NCBI GenBank assembly: GCA_965662895.1
Contig: CBFIJH010000001.1
Coordinates: forward strand, 32,001 to 96,000
From: Candidatus Poseidoniaceae archaeon
GTDB lineage: Archaea > Thermoplasmatota > Poseidoniia > Poseidoniales > Poseidoniaceae
Direction of reading: 5' to 3'
Length of the DNA: 64,000 nt
Shown: positions 19,340 to 30,166 of the stretch, one piece after another
Layout of the letters: each line of letters begins with the position of its first letter
Position numbering within the stretch: position 1 is the first letter of the stretch
Translations under genes and position numbers: made by a program
Notes under the pieces: model-generated
Database searches by the model: none
What the model saw: only the letters and a program-made list of their open reading frames with translations
What the model was told of the DNA's origin: nothing

Positions 19340-20716
19340 ATGAGTACGATGTTCGAGGCAGCATTCCAGACTTTGCCCGAAAAGCCAGCTCCGATAGCAA
19401 AGGAGGTATACATAAAGCGTCAGAACCGCCTACTTTCTCAACTTGATGTTGGAGATCTTGTCATCATCCCTTCTTTACCAGAAGCGACAAGAAGCAACGA
19501 TGTGCATTATCCATATCGCTCATCGAGTGATATGCTTTATCTCTGTGGTTGGAGCGACCCAGAAGCTATTCTGATTTTTTACCATGATGATGGTAAGTGG
19601 GTTTCACATTTGTTCGTTCAACCAAAGGATACATTGATGGAAATTTGGGAAGGACGTCGACCTGGTGTCGAGGGGGCTTTAGAAAATTGGCCAGTCGATA
19701 AAGCAGATTCATCCAGTGAAGTCTTGGAACATTTGGAGAAGATTCTCGAGTCAACGGTCCGAGTCCATCTTCGTACTGGAATTCACCAAGGTATTGATGT
19801 CCTCGTCCTTGCATCGGTTGAAAAACGGGACCGTAAGCGCCAACATTTTGGTAGCGGCCCAATTAGTATCGAAGACCCAAGCCGTCGCATCGCAGAAATG
19901 CGTCTACGAAAATCAGAGGAAGAAATCGAACAGATGCGATACGCTGCTGAGGTTTCTTCAAAAGCGCACGAATTGGCCATGGCCGCAAGCAAAGATGGCA
20001 TTCATGAATATCAAATTCAATCGATTATTGAAGGATTCTTTGTTTACGGAGGGACAAGTGGTTGGGCTTATCCCTCAATCGTCGGTTGTGGAGAAAATGC
20101 TACCATCTTGCATTATACAGTCAACGATGCCCCTTGTGCCAACGATGAAATTATTCTGATTGATGCTGGTGCAGAATACAAAGGTTATGCGGCTGATATT
20201 ACACGTTCCTGGCCGATTGGAGGAACCTTTAGCGATGCTCAGAAGGAAATCTATGAGATCGTCCTCGATGCTCAAGAAAAAGCCATTGATGCTTGCAGGC
20301 CGGGGAATCCCTACAACATGCCACATGAAGTCGCATGCAAAGCGCTTGCTGAAGGTTTAATCCGTTTGGGAATCATCAACCAATCTCTTGAAGATGCTCT
20401 CGATATTGATACGGGTGAATTACGTAAATGGTACATGCACAATACAGGACATTGGCTAGGGTTGGATGTCCATGATGTTGGAACCTACAAGCCAGATGGA
20501 TCACCCCGACTCCTTGAACCAGGAATGGTGCTAACTGTTGAGCCTGGGCTTTACTTTGGCGCTTGGCGTCCAGATGTTGATTGTCCTGAGCGATACGCCA
20601 ACATTGGGATACGAATTGAAGATGATGTTCTCGTTACTGATGGTGAGCCAGACGTTCTTACTGCATCCTGTCCAAAAACAATTGATGATATTGAACGTAT
20701 TGTTGGAAGTAACTGA
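19340..20716 (+). CDS. pepP: Xaa-Pro aminopeptidase (M24B)
   Basis: RSNDVHYPYR, LIDAGAEYKGYAADITR, HNTGHWLGLDVHD, TVEPGLY, GIRIEDD. Confidence 0.93.
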   Translation: MSTMFEAAFQTLPEKPAPIAKEVYIKRQNRLLSQLDVGDLVIIPSLPEATRSNDVHYPYRSSSDMLYLCGWSDPEAILIFYHDDGKWVSHLFVQPKDTLMEIWEGRRPGVEGALENWPVDKADSSSEVLEHLEKILESTVRVHLRTGIHQGIDVLVLASVEKRDRKRQHFGSGPISIEDPSRRIAEMRLRKSEEEIEQMRYAAEVSSKAHELAMAASKDGIHEYQIQSIIEGFFVYGGTSGWAYPSIVGCGENATILHYTVNDAPCANDEIILIDAGAEYKGYAADITRSWPIGGTFSDAQKEIYEIVLDAQEKAIDACRPGNPYNMPHEVACKALAEGLIRLGIINQSLEDALDIDTGELRKWYMHNTGHWLGLDVHDVGTYKPDGSPRLLEPGMVLTVEPGLYFGAWRPDVDCPERYANIGIRIEDDVLVTDGEPDVLTASCPKTIDDIERIVGSN

Positions 20717-20725
20717 GGTGGCCGT

Positions 20726-21910
20726 ATGGCTTGGCAGGAAATTCTTCGACGCATCCAATCATCGAAAGAAATCTTCCGACTCACAATAGAAGAATGCATC
20801 GAATTGTACGACAACGCTCCCTTGCACTCACTGATGGCTGCTGCTCATTACAGAAGAAAGCTACACAACCCTAGAAATATTGTAACGTATCTCGTCGATC
20901 GTAACATCAATTACACGAACGTATGTACAATAAACTGCCAATTTTGTTCCTTCTATCGACCTCCAGGTCATGAAGAGACCTACACTCAATCCTACGAAGA
21001 GATACATCAACGAATACGAGAACTCGAGGAGATTGGAGGAAGTAGAATACTCATGCAAGGTGGCGTCAACCCCTCTCTTGAATTCAATTGGTACATCGAC
21101 CTCATCAAAGAACTACGAGTCCAACACCCCAACATCGATCTCGACTGCTTTTCTCCAATCGAAATCGAGGGCATCTCTGAGGTGACGGGGCTTACTACTG
21201 AGGAAGTACTGATTGAACTCAAAAATGCGGGAATGCATGGGTTACCTGGCGGTGGTGCAGAGATGTTGGTCGAAGGAGTTCGCAAAGATGTATCACCAAA
21301 AAAAGGCCATCCTGACAACTGGTTGAGGGTCATGTATGAGGCTCAACTCCTTGGTTTGACAACAAGTGCAACAAATGTGATTGGATTTGGTGAAACGAAT
21401 TCTGATCGCATTCAACATCTCGACCGAATCCGTACTCAGCAAGATAAAGTCGTCGAGAATGGACTCACTGGCTTCACCTCGTTTATTGCTTGGCCAGTGC
21501 AATTAGAGACCAATACATTTGGCAAACGCAATCGTGGTCAAAACAAATTCGAGCGTGGAGCTGGTTCAACAGAATATCTCCGACATGTCTCAATATCAAG
21601 ATTGTTTCTCGACAACATCAATCACATACAAGCCTCTTGGCCGACAATGGGAATGGGCATTGCTCAAATGGCACTTTTGGCGGGTGCAGATGATGCTGGT
21701 TCAACCATGATGGAGGAAAATGTTGTCTCAGCATCAGGGACTACAAAATTAAGTGCAACTGAATATGAACTTCAACTTTCTATTCGTCGTTCAGGATATG
21801 TCCCTCATCGAAGAGACAGTGATTACATTCTCCTCGATACGCCGGATGCGCTCAGTGATGCACCGGAAGTGATCTGTGCGCCACCGAATCAGGACGTTGA
21901 GTTGGTGTAG
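20726..21910 (+). CDS. mqnC: Radical SAM enzyme, CofH/MqnC family (probable dehypoxanthine futalosine cyclase)
   Basis: VDRNINYTNVCTINCQFCSFYR, LMQGG, LPGGGAE, HIQASW, STMMEENVVS. Confidence 0.75.
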   Translation: MAWQEILRRIQSSKEIFRLTIEECIELYDNAPLHSLMAAAHYRRKLHNPRNIVTYLVDRNINYTNVCTINCQFCSFYRPPGHEETYTQSYEEIHQRIRELEEIGGSRILMQGGVNPSLEFNWYIDLIKELRVQHPNIDLDCFSPIEIEGISEVTGLTTEEVLIELKNAGMHGLPGGGAEMLVEGVRKDVSPKKGHPDNWLRVMYEAQLLGLTTSATNVIGFGETNSDRIQHLDRIRTQQDKVVENGLTGFTSFIAWPVQLETNTFGKRNRGQNKFERGAGSTEYLRHVSISRLFLDNINHIQASWPTMGMGIAQMALLAGADDAGSTMMEENVVSASGTTKLSATEYELQLSIRRSGYVPHRRDSDYILLDTPDALSDAPEVICAPPNQDVELV

Positions 21911-24900
21911 AATACAACCCAGATTTCAGCAACAATGTTCCGACCACCTTTACTGGATTCCCCAGTTGGGTTGTATTCTTGACCGTTGAACAAACCTCTG
22001 TAGGTCAGTTCGTTGTTCTGTCCGTTCAGATCAACCCATGATGTGATGTCATATCTCCATTGTTTGACATCCTGACCTGCACACCAGCCTGCTCGTCCAT
22101 AAGGCCATGAACCAAATTGATTTGCAACAACGCCATTTTCAATTTCATTTTCACAGCCTGTGTTTGAATAAACAATTGGATGCCATTCATACGTATGGTG
22201 CGAAGCAAGGTAGTAATGATGTTGATGATCGCAAAACTCAGCACAATTTGCATCATCTTTTTGGAAACCATGTCCTGTAATTGTTGCAACAATTTCTACT
22301 CGGGTTGCTTCACTTGGAACTGTGAAATTCAAGCTGCGAACATACTTGCTCTCATTGTTGTAGGTGCCATCGAACTGACCTCCATTAAATCCAAAATCTG
22401 CATCGAAGGCTCGCTCACCACTTCCCCAGTTCGAGAAAAGAAATTTGATGGTCATATCTCCTTTGTTCGCACCTTTATATCGAAATCTGCGTTCTTGATC
22501 CTCCTCCAGCATGAACAAATAGGGGCTGATATCTGTCAGCCATCGACCCTCACGACCATAAGTCGTTATCCAACGCGTGAACTCCGTCCCGCAAGTTGAA
22601 AAATTGCTTGCCTCACATATGTAGAGATGTGCGAGATAATCCCATTCATGACATCCTCCATAGCCCCCATCGCTCTTTTGATATCGATTACTTCGCTCTT
22701 CACAAGCGTGTTCATGAAAGACCTCGAGGGTATCGTAGGAGCTCAAATTATTTGAGAGTGAGAAACTAGCGTTTCGATAGGAATTGTGGTTTGCTCCCCA
22801 TCCCCCTGAATGGCGCTCAAAATCATACAGAGTCACAACTTCAATTGCGGTATCCTGCATACGTATTTCAGGTTCAAACTCAGCGTTCCATTGATGAGGC
22901 TCATATGTGTAATGAAACGGATCATTTGATTGTGAAACCCAAGCATAGATTGAACCTGTATCGCGTGCCCTCTGGAAACGATCAATACCCATGAAAAATG
23001 GACTGTTGAAATTCGAAATCATTTGGCCTAAGCCACCTTGGATATTGCTTGCATCCATATCGATGTAATGGATTCGATCCTCCCATTTTTCTTCCTCATC
23101 AGGGTTTAAGCGTGCTTCAACATCGCTTTTTCTCGAAAGGATGTCACTGTGGTAGGATGTATCAAATGAACCATAAAACAGGTGAGTATTCTCTGGTAAA
23201 TTTCGAATGAATGTACCTGGATTCGTCGACCACGTCCCAGAATTTGAATTGCCGCTGCTATCGGTATACTTGAACATGAACAGATACACGTCGTGACCAG
23301 TCCATTCGTTTTGGAAATTGAATGTTCCATCGAGAGTTGGTACAGTGAACGTAGGAACAATCTCCATGGGACCATTAACAGATGAGCCTGAAGTCCATTG
23401 AATCGGTTTTTGTACGATTGCGCAACCTTCGACGTCAATGCTCCATTTTTGTGGACTATCTGGGCAAATATCGACATTTGCGAATACACCGTCACCGTCT
23501 AAATCTGCACAACCTGCAGCGTTTACCAGCAATCCGCTTGGCGTTCCTTCACATTCATCGAGGAGGTCATTCACGCCATCGACATCCGTGTCGCGTTCTA
23601 CGGCTGCACATCCGTATTGATCAATATCAACTGCTCCTAGTGGAGTTGTAGGGCATAAATCAAGGATAGCCCCCGTGCTATTGACATCGTTCACACTGTC
23701 ATTGTCATCATCAACGTCTTCGGTTGAGTCGTAGCATCCATCCATGTCGAAATCATTGACTTGACTTCGTTCAGATTCCCAGTTTGCGCGACCTTTAGGA
23801 CACAAATCTGTCGCATCGGTTTCTCCATCATTGTCATCATCATTGTCTTCAAGCAAATCATTGCATCCATCCTGGTCCCAATCGTTGTAGAAATTTGCAG
23901 GCCAGTTGATTTCGCCGTTGGTACAAGCGTCTTCCAAATCAGGTATTCCATCACCATCATCATCGTCGTCGTTGAGGTCATCATGGCACCCATCTTGGTC
24001 TCGATCATTTTCGAATGTACTCACCCAACCAATTGTGGAAGAACAACCATCATTGGCATCAGGAATTCCATCGTTATCATCATCCGAATCCTCATCAAAA
24101 TCACGACATCCATCTTGATCTGCATCACTTGCTGAATTGGATGCCCAACCATCAGACTCACCAAAACCTTCTGGGCAGGCATCCATTTGGTCGAGTATTC
24201 CATCACCGTCCATATCATCGTTGACTTCGATAATCACAGATATGTTGCGCACAGCATCTGAATTAGTATACTCGCCACATCGAGATAGGATTGAGACTTG
24301 AAATGACTGTGTCCTTAAATCCAATTCACTAAGCACAAACGTAAATGATCCATCCGATTGTAAAGAGAAGGTGTTTGTTGTTGTGGAAAGGTCTTCTTGT
24401 TGAACAACCAATTCTGCATCGCAGGTCTCGATACTCTGATGCAGAATTTGCCCTTGAAGGACGATAATCGAGGACTCAGCAACCAGATATTGTGGCGCAA
24501 TGATTGAAACACTTCCCTCATCAGGTACGAGAACATTCACGGTATTGGATAACAGAATTTCATCTCCTACCGAAGGCCGAATTTTCACATCAATCACATA
24601 CGTTCCCGGCGATGTTGGTAAAAATACAATGGAAATATGTGTTGACCGTGATGATACACTCCAATCGGATGGATTGATTGAGATTCCATCTCGTGCGATA
24701 TCCACAACGGTTTCGAACGTCCCTTCTCCTGTGGTTTCAAGAAGAATTTGCCTTTCGATGATTTCACCGAGTTCACCGTTCGGGGAAATCACATCCCACG
24801 ATGCGGCAATGGTGTAGGGTATTGGTTCTGGTTGCTCTTCCGCTGGCTCAGTTTTCGAATCTGCTGCACCAAAGCATCCAGAACACATCAATATTGACAG

Positions 24901-24930
24901 GAAAATTGCCACGAAGGTCTTGTTGCGCAT
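21889..24930 (-). CDS. Probable lipoprotein with TSP3 Ca-binding repeats and C-terminal peptide-N-glycosidase F-like domain
   Basis: LMCSGC lipobox-like N-terminus; DxDxDGCxD repeats; C-terminal CHEWDY, WITTYGR, ITGHG...CAEFC, RAGWC motifs typical of PNGase F-like proteins. Confidence 0.8.
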   Translation of the reverse strand: MRNKTFVAIFLSILMCSGCFGAADSKTEPAEEQPEPIPYTIAASWDVISPNGELGEIIERQILLETTGEGTFETVVDIARDGISINPSDWSVSSRSTHISIVFLPTSPGTYVIDVKIRPSVGDEILLSNTVNVLVPDEGSVSIIAPQYLVAESSIIVLQGQILHQSIETCDAELVVQQEDLSTTTNTFSLQSDGSFTFVLSELDLRTQSFQVSILSRCGEYTNSDAVRNISVIIEVNDDMDGDGILDQMDACPEGFGESDGWASNSASDADQDGCRDFDEDSDDDNDGIPDANDGCSSTIGWVSTFENDRDQDGCHDDLNDDDDDGDGIPDLEDACTNGEINWPANFYNDWDQDGCNDLLEDNDDDNDGETDATDLCPKGRANWESERSQVNDFDMDGCYDSTEDVDDDNDSVNDVNSTGAILDLCPTTPLGAVDIDQYGCAAVERDTDVDGVNDLLDECEGTPSGLLVNAAGCADLDGDGVFANVDICPDSPQKWSIDVEGCAIVQKPIQWTSGSSVNGPMEIVPTFTVPTLDGTFNFQNEWTGHDVYLFMFKYTDSSGNSNSGTWSTNPGTFIRNLPENTHLFYGSFDTSYHSDILSRKSDVEARLNPDEEEKWEDRIHYIDMDASNIQGGLGQMISNFNSPFFMGIDRFQRARDTGSIYAWVSQSNDPFHYTYEPHQWNAEFEPEIRMQDTAIEVVTLYDFERHSGGWGANHNSYRNASFSLSNNLSSYDTLEVFHEHACEERSNRYQKSDGGYGGCHEWDYLAHLYICEASNFSTCGTEFTRWITTYGREGRWLTDISPYLFMLEEDQERRFRYKGANKGDMTIKFLFSNWGSGERAFDADFGFNGGQFDGTYNNESKYVRSLNFTVPSEATRVEIVATITGHGFQKDDANCAEFCDHQHHYYLASHHTYEWHPIVYSNTGCENEIENGVVANQFGSWPYGRAGWCAGQDVKQWRYDITSWVDLNGQNNELTYRGLFNGQEYNPTGESSKGGRNIVAEIWVVFYTNSTS

Positions 24931-24960
24931 GGCTGGTACAAGTCTCACAACAACATGAAC

Positions 24961-26094
24961 CTAACGTAAGCCAATGTAGAGTTGTTCTGTTCTTGGGTCA
25001 TTGATATCGAGGTTTTCTAAGTGCACGAGTTGATTTGGAAATCTGACGCGTATAGGGCAAACCCAGAGAAGTGGCATTTGTTTTTCCCGTTTTATTTTGA
25101 GAATAAATTCCCAATGGATTCTGTGCAGGCCTGTATTTACCGTACCAGGCCACAATTCTTGCGGAGGTGGAATGGAAAACGATCCATCTTCATCGACCTG
25201 TGCTTGCCCGCCTTGTGCAGAAAACCGCATTGGCCGCAAGAAGACTCCGCCTTGAATGTCTTGACGTTCAAGAGGAGAGTCTTCCCCTCCCGCAGTACCA
25301 TCATCGAGGCCAGATTCCCAATGGTGGGGTAGAGGCGTCGAGAGTCCAACGGGTGGCTGTGAATGTTCAGTTGTCTCTGAGATCTTGATGAGGGCATCTC
25401 GAGAGGGTGGTAGTGTACCAACCTGCAAATGTGCAGTCATTGATGTCCAACCTGGTAATTTCTCAGGAATCTGAATCGTGCCATCCAAGGTTTCACCACT
25501 GACGATTGGTACTGAAAAGCTGACGGATGGTTGACGAACCGGTGAACGAAAGAAGTCTTGTTGGCGTTTCAAATCGATGAAATTGGCAATGATACGTAAC
25601 ACAATTGGCAGCATTAACACCGGCACAACAATGATGCTCAATATCGGATAATCGAGAAGTCCAACCTGAACACTCTTTGTTCCAATACTTGGTATTCCTA
25701 GTTCACTGAGAATAGGTTCTATGAATAGATAAACCAATGTGGACAGGAGGAGTATCACGGCAGCACTAACCATGTTACGTGAGTAGCGATGGAGGTTGTT
25801 TGGTAAAATGTACCAACCGGTACGTTGCTCACCGACGAGTTTTACAAAATCTCCATCATCTTCGAGTTTCTTCGTTGTGCCCTCGAAACCTTTCCCATTT
25901 TCGTCTTCGATGATGCGCTCGATCAACCAGCCATCAGGACTACTGATTTTGTATGGCGGCAATCGACGCATGACCTCGTCTTTTGTCAGATTAGCTTCGA
26001 TGACTTTTTCGGAAATTGGAGCAGCCTTAGGATGAATCCGCTTGTCGTCGAATGGAGGATAACGGACACGATGAAGAATTGTCCATTTCGTCAT
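24961..26094 (-). CDS. Hypothetical membrane protein (2 TM, C-terminal beta-sandwich, arrestin-like)
   Basis: Long ORF directly downstream of GGR with GAGGT SD; two hydrophobic helices. Confidence 0.6.
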   Translation of the reverse strand: MTKWTILHRVRYPPFDDKRIHPKAAPISEKVIEANLTKDEVMRRLPPYKISSPDGWLIERIIEDENGKGFEGTTKKLEDDGDFVKLVGEQRTGWYILPNNLHRYSRNMVSAAVILLLSTLVYLFIEPILSELGIPSIGTKSVQVGLLDYPILSIIVVPVLMLPIVLRIIANFIDLKRQQDFFRSPVRQPSVSFSVPIVSGETLDGTIQIPEKLPGWTSMTAHLQVGTLPPSRDALIKISETTEHSQPPVGLSTPLPHHWESGLDDGTAGGEDSPLERQDIQGGVFLRPMRFSAQGGQAQVDEDGSFSIPPPQELWPGTVNTGLHRIHWEFILKIKREKQMPLLWVCPIRVRFPNQLVHLENLDINDPRTEQLYIGLR

Positions 26095-26104
26095 ATTTTC
26101 GACC

Positions 26105-27322
26105 TCATGTGAACAGGAGTTTAACACCCGCTTGCAACGCGAGTTTTCTGAATGCAGGTACTTTTTTTAGCAACGCTAAACCCAAAGGAACTGGCTTTTC
26201 AATGTCTCCGATTTCGTTGATGAGTGAAATAACTTCTGGCTTCGCAAAATTCGCAAAGTGGTTGTCAAGTTCCTCATCGGTGCGAGTCGAGACAAGCAGA
26301 TCTCTTAGCGCTCGGGCTCTATCTTGTTCTTTCTTCATTTTTGGCCATGATTTCTTCGTTATTGACTTGAGATCTCTCTCTGACAACTGGTTTTGTTTTA
26401 CTTTTTTAACCAGTTCTTCAACTATTGAAGAAATTTGTTTGAAGCCTGGGCCCAATCCACCCCCAGTTGTTGGTTTTGCCATGCCTGCTGCATCACCAAG
26501 AACAAGTACACGGTTTTTGAACGGCTTTCGTACCATACCGGAGGGTACTGGGCCACAATAGCGAGCAGTCTCCGTAATGTTTTCAAATCGGTCCTTCCAA
26601 AGTGGGTGTTGAAGAAGGTCATTGTAGCAATCAAGAACCGTTCGCCCATCAAGTAAATCGGCTTTGGACCACAAACCAATCCTGTGTGTTTCATTTCCAG
26701 ATGGAATAACCCATGCAAAAAACCCGGGTGCAATCTCTGAACCACTGTACATCTCGAGCCATCGGTCTTTGCCCTTGTATCCGACGACTTCGGTTTGGAA
26801 ACCGACCATCATTTCGTTCGGGTAACCCATCTTGAATCGCCTACGAACCCAAGAGTGTGCACCATCACAACCAATGAGGAGTTTTGCGCTTAGAGTTGTT
26901 TCTTCGTTGGTGCGTTGATGGAGGATGGTGACTTCAACACCGTTTTCATTCACATCTGCAGATATTGGTTGTGATTCTAAGACAAGATCGGACCCAGCTT
27001 CAAGGCCTTGTTGAACAACCGTTTGATCGAACCGTTTTCGACAGACAACGTATGTTCGTAACTCTCCCTCTCGACCAACAGGAACAAGGGTTCCCGATGG
27101 GCCATGAATTAACGCTCCATCAACGTCTTCAACCACTGTGTCGTATGCTTCGACTGCATCCATTGCACTTGGTGTCACCAATCCAGCACATTGAAACGGT
27201 CGCCCAACTTCATTGTGCTCTTCGACCATGAGAACAGAGAGTCCACGCTCACAAAGGAGTCGTGCAGCGTATCCTCCGACCGGACCAGCGCCGATAATGA
27301 TGACGTCGTAGTCATAGGCCAT
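26105..27322 (-). CDS. Geranylgeranyl reductase family FAD oxidoreductase
   Basis: DVIIIGAGPVG, QCAG, RKRFD, GCDG, PGFFAWVIP, GDAAGMAKPTTGGG. Confidence 0.9.
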   Translation of the reverse strand: MAYDYDVIIIGAGPVGGYAARLLCERGLSVLMVEEHNEVGRPFQCAGLVTPSAMDAVEAYDTVVEDVDGALIHGPSGTLVPVGREGELRTYVVCRKRFDQTVVQQGLEAGSDLVLESQPISADVNENGVEVTILHQRTNEETTLSAKLLIGCDGAHSWVRRRFKMGYPNEMMVGFQTEVVGYKGKDRWLEMYSGSEIAPGFFAWVIPSGNETHRIGLWSKADLLDGRTVLDCYNDLLQHPLWKDRFENITETARYCGPVPSGMVRKPFKNRVLVLGDAAGMAKPTTGGGLGPGFKQISSIVEELVKKVKQNQLSERDLKSITKKSWPKMKKEQDRARALRDLLVSTRTDEELDNHFANFAKPEVISLINEIGDIEKPVPLGLALLKKVPAFRKLALQAGVKLLFT

Positions 27323-27365
27323 GTTCGATAGCGGTGGACCGAACTTCAAGAAGTTTCTTCTCTAT

Positions 27366-30089
27366 CTAGCGTTTAGCAAACCGATAACCGACTCGTTCAT
27401 TCTTTTTGAGCCAAAGAATTGCTGTGTAAGGATTGCCCGACTTTTTCGCAATCAAATCATCGAATGGTCCGATTTCACCTTTTTCTATCAGTTGCTTTGC
27501 TTCTTCTCTGGTTATCTCTCTCTTTGATATCTCGCGTGCTATGTCAATCTTACAACCGCTTGCACTTGTTCTTGGCCGGTAATGCGTCTCTGTCTCGTAG
27601 ATCTCAGCGCCATGTTTCGGACAGATTGCAACCACACCGGGTTTTACTTCGAAGCGTCGCGCATCAGCAGCGGCTTCTCTCGGTGGAAATTCGAACCCGA
27701 CTTTGTTTCCTTCAATGACCAAATATGCAGGGAAGGGGCGGCCTCGTCTGGAAATGAAATCCTCGATGAGTGGAGATTTCCCATCGATGAGAATCGATTT
27801 TGCCTCGCTTTGACTAATTTCTCGCTTGCAAATAATCTTTCCTACACCAGCGAATTTGCATTCTTCTTGATCGCATGCATAATGCGTGTCCGTTTCTCGA
27901 ATTGTTCCATCACATTTTGGACACGGGCAGAGGGCTTCATCAGAACTGTTTGCACGATTGCCGGTGGATTTTGCCGAGGTGACCTTTCCTTCATCTGAAA
28001 TGACGACAGATGTTTCGTACGGTTCGCCATTTCGATTGAAGAATCCGTGCAGATCAGTCAATTCTTTCTGTTCAAGTAACCTGGTTGCCGTTTCTCTGTC
28101 GAACCAACGACCACTTGTATCCTTCCAAAACACGAACGAGCATCCCTTGTCTTTCCCCTCATTCTTTTCGCATGTGTAAGAGAGGGCGGTTTCAAGAATT
28201 GTTGAGCTACATTTAGGGCAGGTTCCGATGGAATCGTCGTTGCTAAACAAAAGACTTCGGTCATGGTCTCGGACTCGGGTGACGAGGTCAGTTGTTTGTT
28301 GAATAATTGAATTCATGTATTCTGATGCTTTAACTTCACCTCGTTGAACAGCTGTTAATGCAGCCTCCATTTCGCCAGTTAGTTCCGCTGAGGTAATCCA
28401 TTCCACGGGAATTCGGCGCAAAATTTCAATGATCCGAATGCCGTGAGGAGTTGCATTGAGGGCGCCGGATTGTTGTCGGGAAATGTAGCCGCGTGAGAGC
28501 AATTTTTCGATTGTATCGGCCCTTGTCGCTGGTGTTCCAAGGCCTTTTCCAGAAATGGCTTCGGCCAATTCTTCATCTTCGATATCCTTTCCGGCTCTTT
28601 CCATCAATGAGAGGAGTCGTGCTTCTTTTATTCGCGTGGGGGGTTTCGATTTTTCTTCAGCCCATTCATGGGACGAAATATTTGCATGAGGGTCATCGGT
28701 TGAGATTGTTCCCCAACCTTCTGGGTGGGTCAAATTTTTGTTAACGACTTCTCTCCATCCAAGTTTTGCATACTGTTGTGCTTCTTTCTTGAAAATTTCA
28801 CCACCAAGGTCTGCTGTTCGCTTTTGTTTTTCGATAATTGCTTCATCGTACCACGATGCAATGAAATTTCTTACTATCAAATCGTACAATCGTTGTTCAT
28901 CTTTTGAGAGTGTTCCCGAGGGTATTTTGCCTGTCGGAATTATGGCGAAGTGATCACTGACTTTTGCGTCATTGAAATTACGCGTTACATTTTGCAATCC
29001 ACTATTCTTGAGTGAATCAACGAACCCCTTCATGTCTGAAAGTTTGGATAGATTGGCGAGTGTTTCGTCGATGGTGTCCTTCATGTCGGTTGGAAGATAC
29101 CGGGAATCTGTACGTGGGTAAGTTGTGAGCTTGTGGCGTTCATACAAAGCCTGAGCAACATTGAGCGTTCGTTTAGCTGGCCATGAAAACATGGAGTTGG
29201 CTTGACGCTGAAGTGTTGTCAAATCATAATTCAGCGGTGGGCGTTCTTTGCTCGTGGAAATTTTTTGTGTGACCACCGCTTTCTGACCCGAATCGATGAG
29301 ATCCTGAATACGCTGCTTTTCTTCAACGGTCATGATCCAATGAGGCTTCGTATCCTCAGTTGATGAGCCTCCTTCCCATCGACCGTTCCATGAACTCGTA
29401 CTCCCCTCGAATTGAGCGGTCAAAACCCAATACGGTTTTGATATGTGCTGCAATATCTCAATTTCGTGATCGACAAGAATTGCCAATGTGGCTGTTTGGA
29501 CCCGCCCAAGTGATATACGTTCTGTGCGTTTCTTTGGTAAAAAAACCTCAGCGATTCTTGACCCGTTCATACCAATCAGCCAATCTGCATAGCTACGACT
29601 GTACGCAGCATCTGAGAGGTTTTGATAGTCCTCTGCGGGCTTACGCTCATCCCATGCACGTTGGATAGCCTCTTTGGTCATCGACTGCAACCACATGCGT
29701 GATACGGGCGATTTGGACTTAGAATAACGGAATATTGTTTGGAAAATAAGTTCTCCTTCTCGAGCAGCGTCGCACGCATTGACAATTTCAGTAACCGATT
29801 TTTCACTCATCAGTTTTTTTACGGCGGTGAGTTGTTTCCTGGTTGATCCACTTTTTGGTTTGAACTCAAATTCCTCGGGTATGAAAGGTAAATCCGAAGC
29901 AGTTTTCCGCCAATTTTTGAAATCTGGGTTGTAATCATCCATGTATTTGAGTTCCAGCATATGGCCAACAGCCCAGGTGACGACGATTTGATCACCGGCC
30001 CAGTGTGTTGCTTCTTTTTTGGAGATGCCGAGCATTTTGGCGATATCTTCAGCGACACTTGGCTTCTCGGCGAGGACAACGATGCTCAT
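27366..30089 (-). CDS. topB: Type IA DNA topoisomerase III, bacterial type, with C-terminal repeats
   Basis: AEKPSVA, NACDAAREGELIF, SLGRVQT, TYPRTD (catalytic Tyr), GLGTPATRA, C-terminal CPKC / GREIT..EA..L repeats. Confidence 0.9.
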   Translation of the reverse strand: MSIVVLAEKPSVAEDIAKMLGISKKEATHWAGDQIVVTWAVGHMLELKYMDDYNPDFKNWRKTASDLPFIPEEFEFKPKSGSTRKQLTAVKKLMSEKSVTEIVNACDAAREGELIFQTIFRYSKSKSPVSRMWLQSMTKEAIQRAWDERKPAEDYQNLSDAAYSRSYADWLIGMNGSRIAEVFLPKKRTERISLGRVQTATLAILVDHEIEILQHISKPYWVLTAQFEGSTSSWNGRWEGGSSTEDTKPHWIMTVEEKQRIQDLIDSGQKAVVTQKISTSKERPPLNYDLTTLQRQANSMFSWPAKRTLNVAQALYERHKLTTYPRTDSRYLPTDMKDTIDETLANLSKLSDMKGFVDSLKNSGLQNVTRNFNDAKVSDHFAIIPTGKIPSGTLSKDEQRLYDLIVRNFIASWYDEAIIEKQKRTADLGGEIFKKEAQQYAKLGWREVVNKNLTHPEGWGTISTDDPHANISSHEWAEEKSKPPTRIKEARLLSLMERAGKDIEDEELAEAISGKGLGTPATRADTIEKLLSRGYISRQQSGALNATPHGIRIIEILRRIPVEWITSAELTGEMEAALTAVQRGEVKASEYMNSIIQQTTDLVTRVRDHDRSLLFSNDDSIGTCPKCSSTILETALSYTCEKNEGKDKGCSFVFWKDTSGRWFDRETATRLLEQKELTDLHGFFNRNGEPYETSVVISDEGKVTSAKSTGNRANSSDEALCPCPKCDGTIRETDTHYACDQEECKFAGVGKIICKREISQSEAKSILIDGKSPLIEDFISRRGRPFPAYLVIEGNKVGFEFPPREAAADARRFEVKPGVVAICPKHGAEIYETETHYRPRTSASGCKIDIAREISKREITREEAKQLIEKGEIGPFDDLIAKKSGNPYTAILWLKKNERVGYRFAKR

Positions 30090-30166
30090 GCCTTCACTGC
30101 GTTTGTCGACTGTACTTGAAGCCTCGCCAGACTTCAAAATAAACAGATAACATAAGTTATCTGAAA

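Noticed and set aside
20726-21910. F420 biosynthesis (CofH) assignment
   Set aside because: Motifs (VDRNINYTNVC, LMQGG, MMEENVVS) look closer to MqnC and there is no cofG nearby; not fully excluded without a phylogeny.
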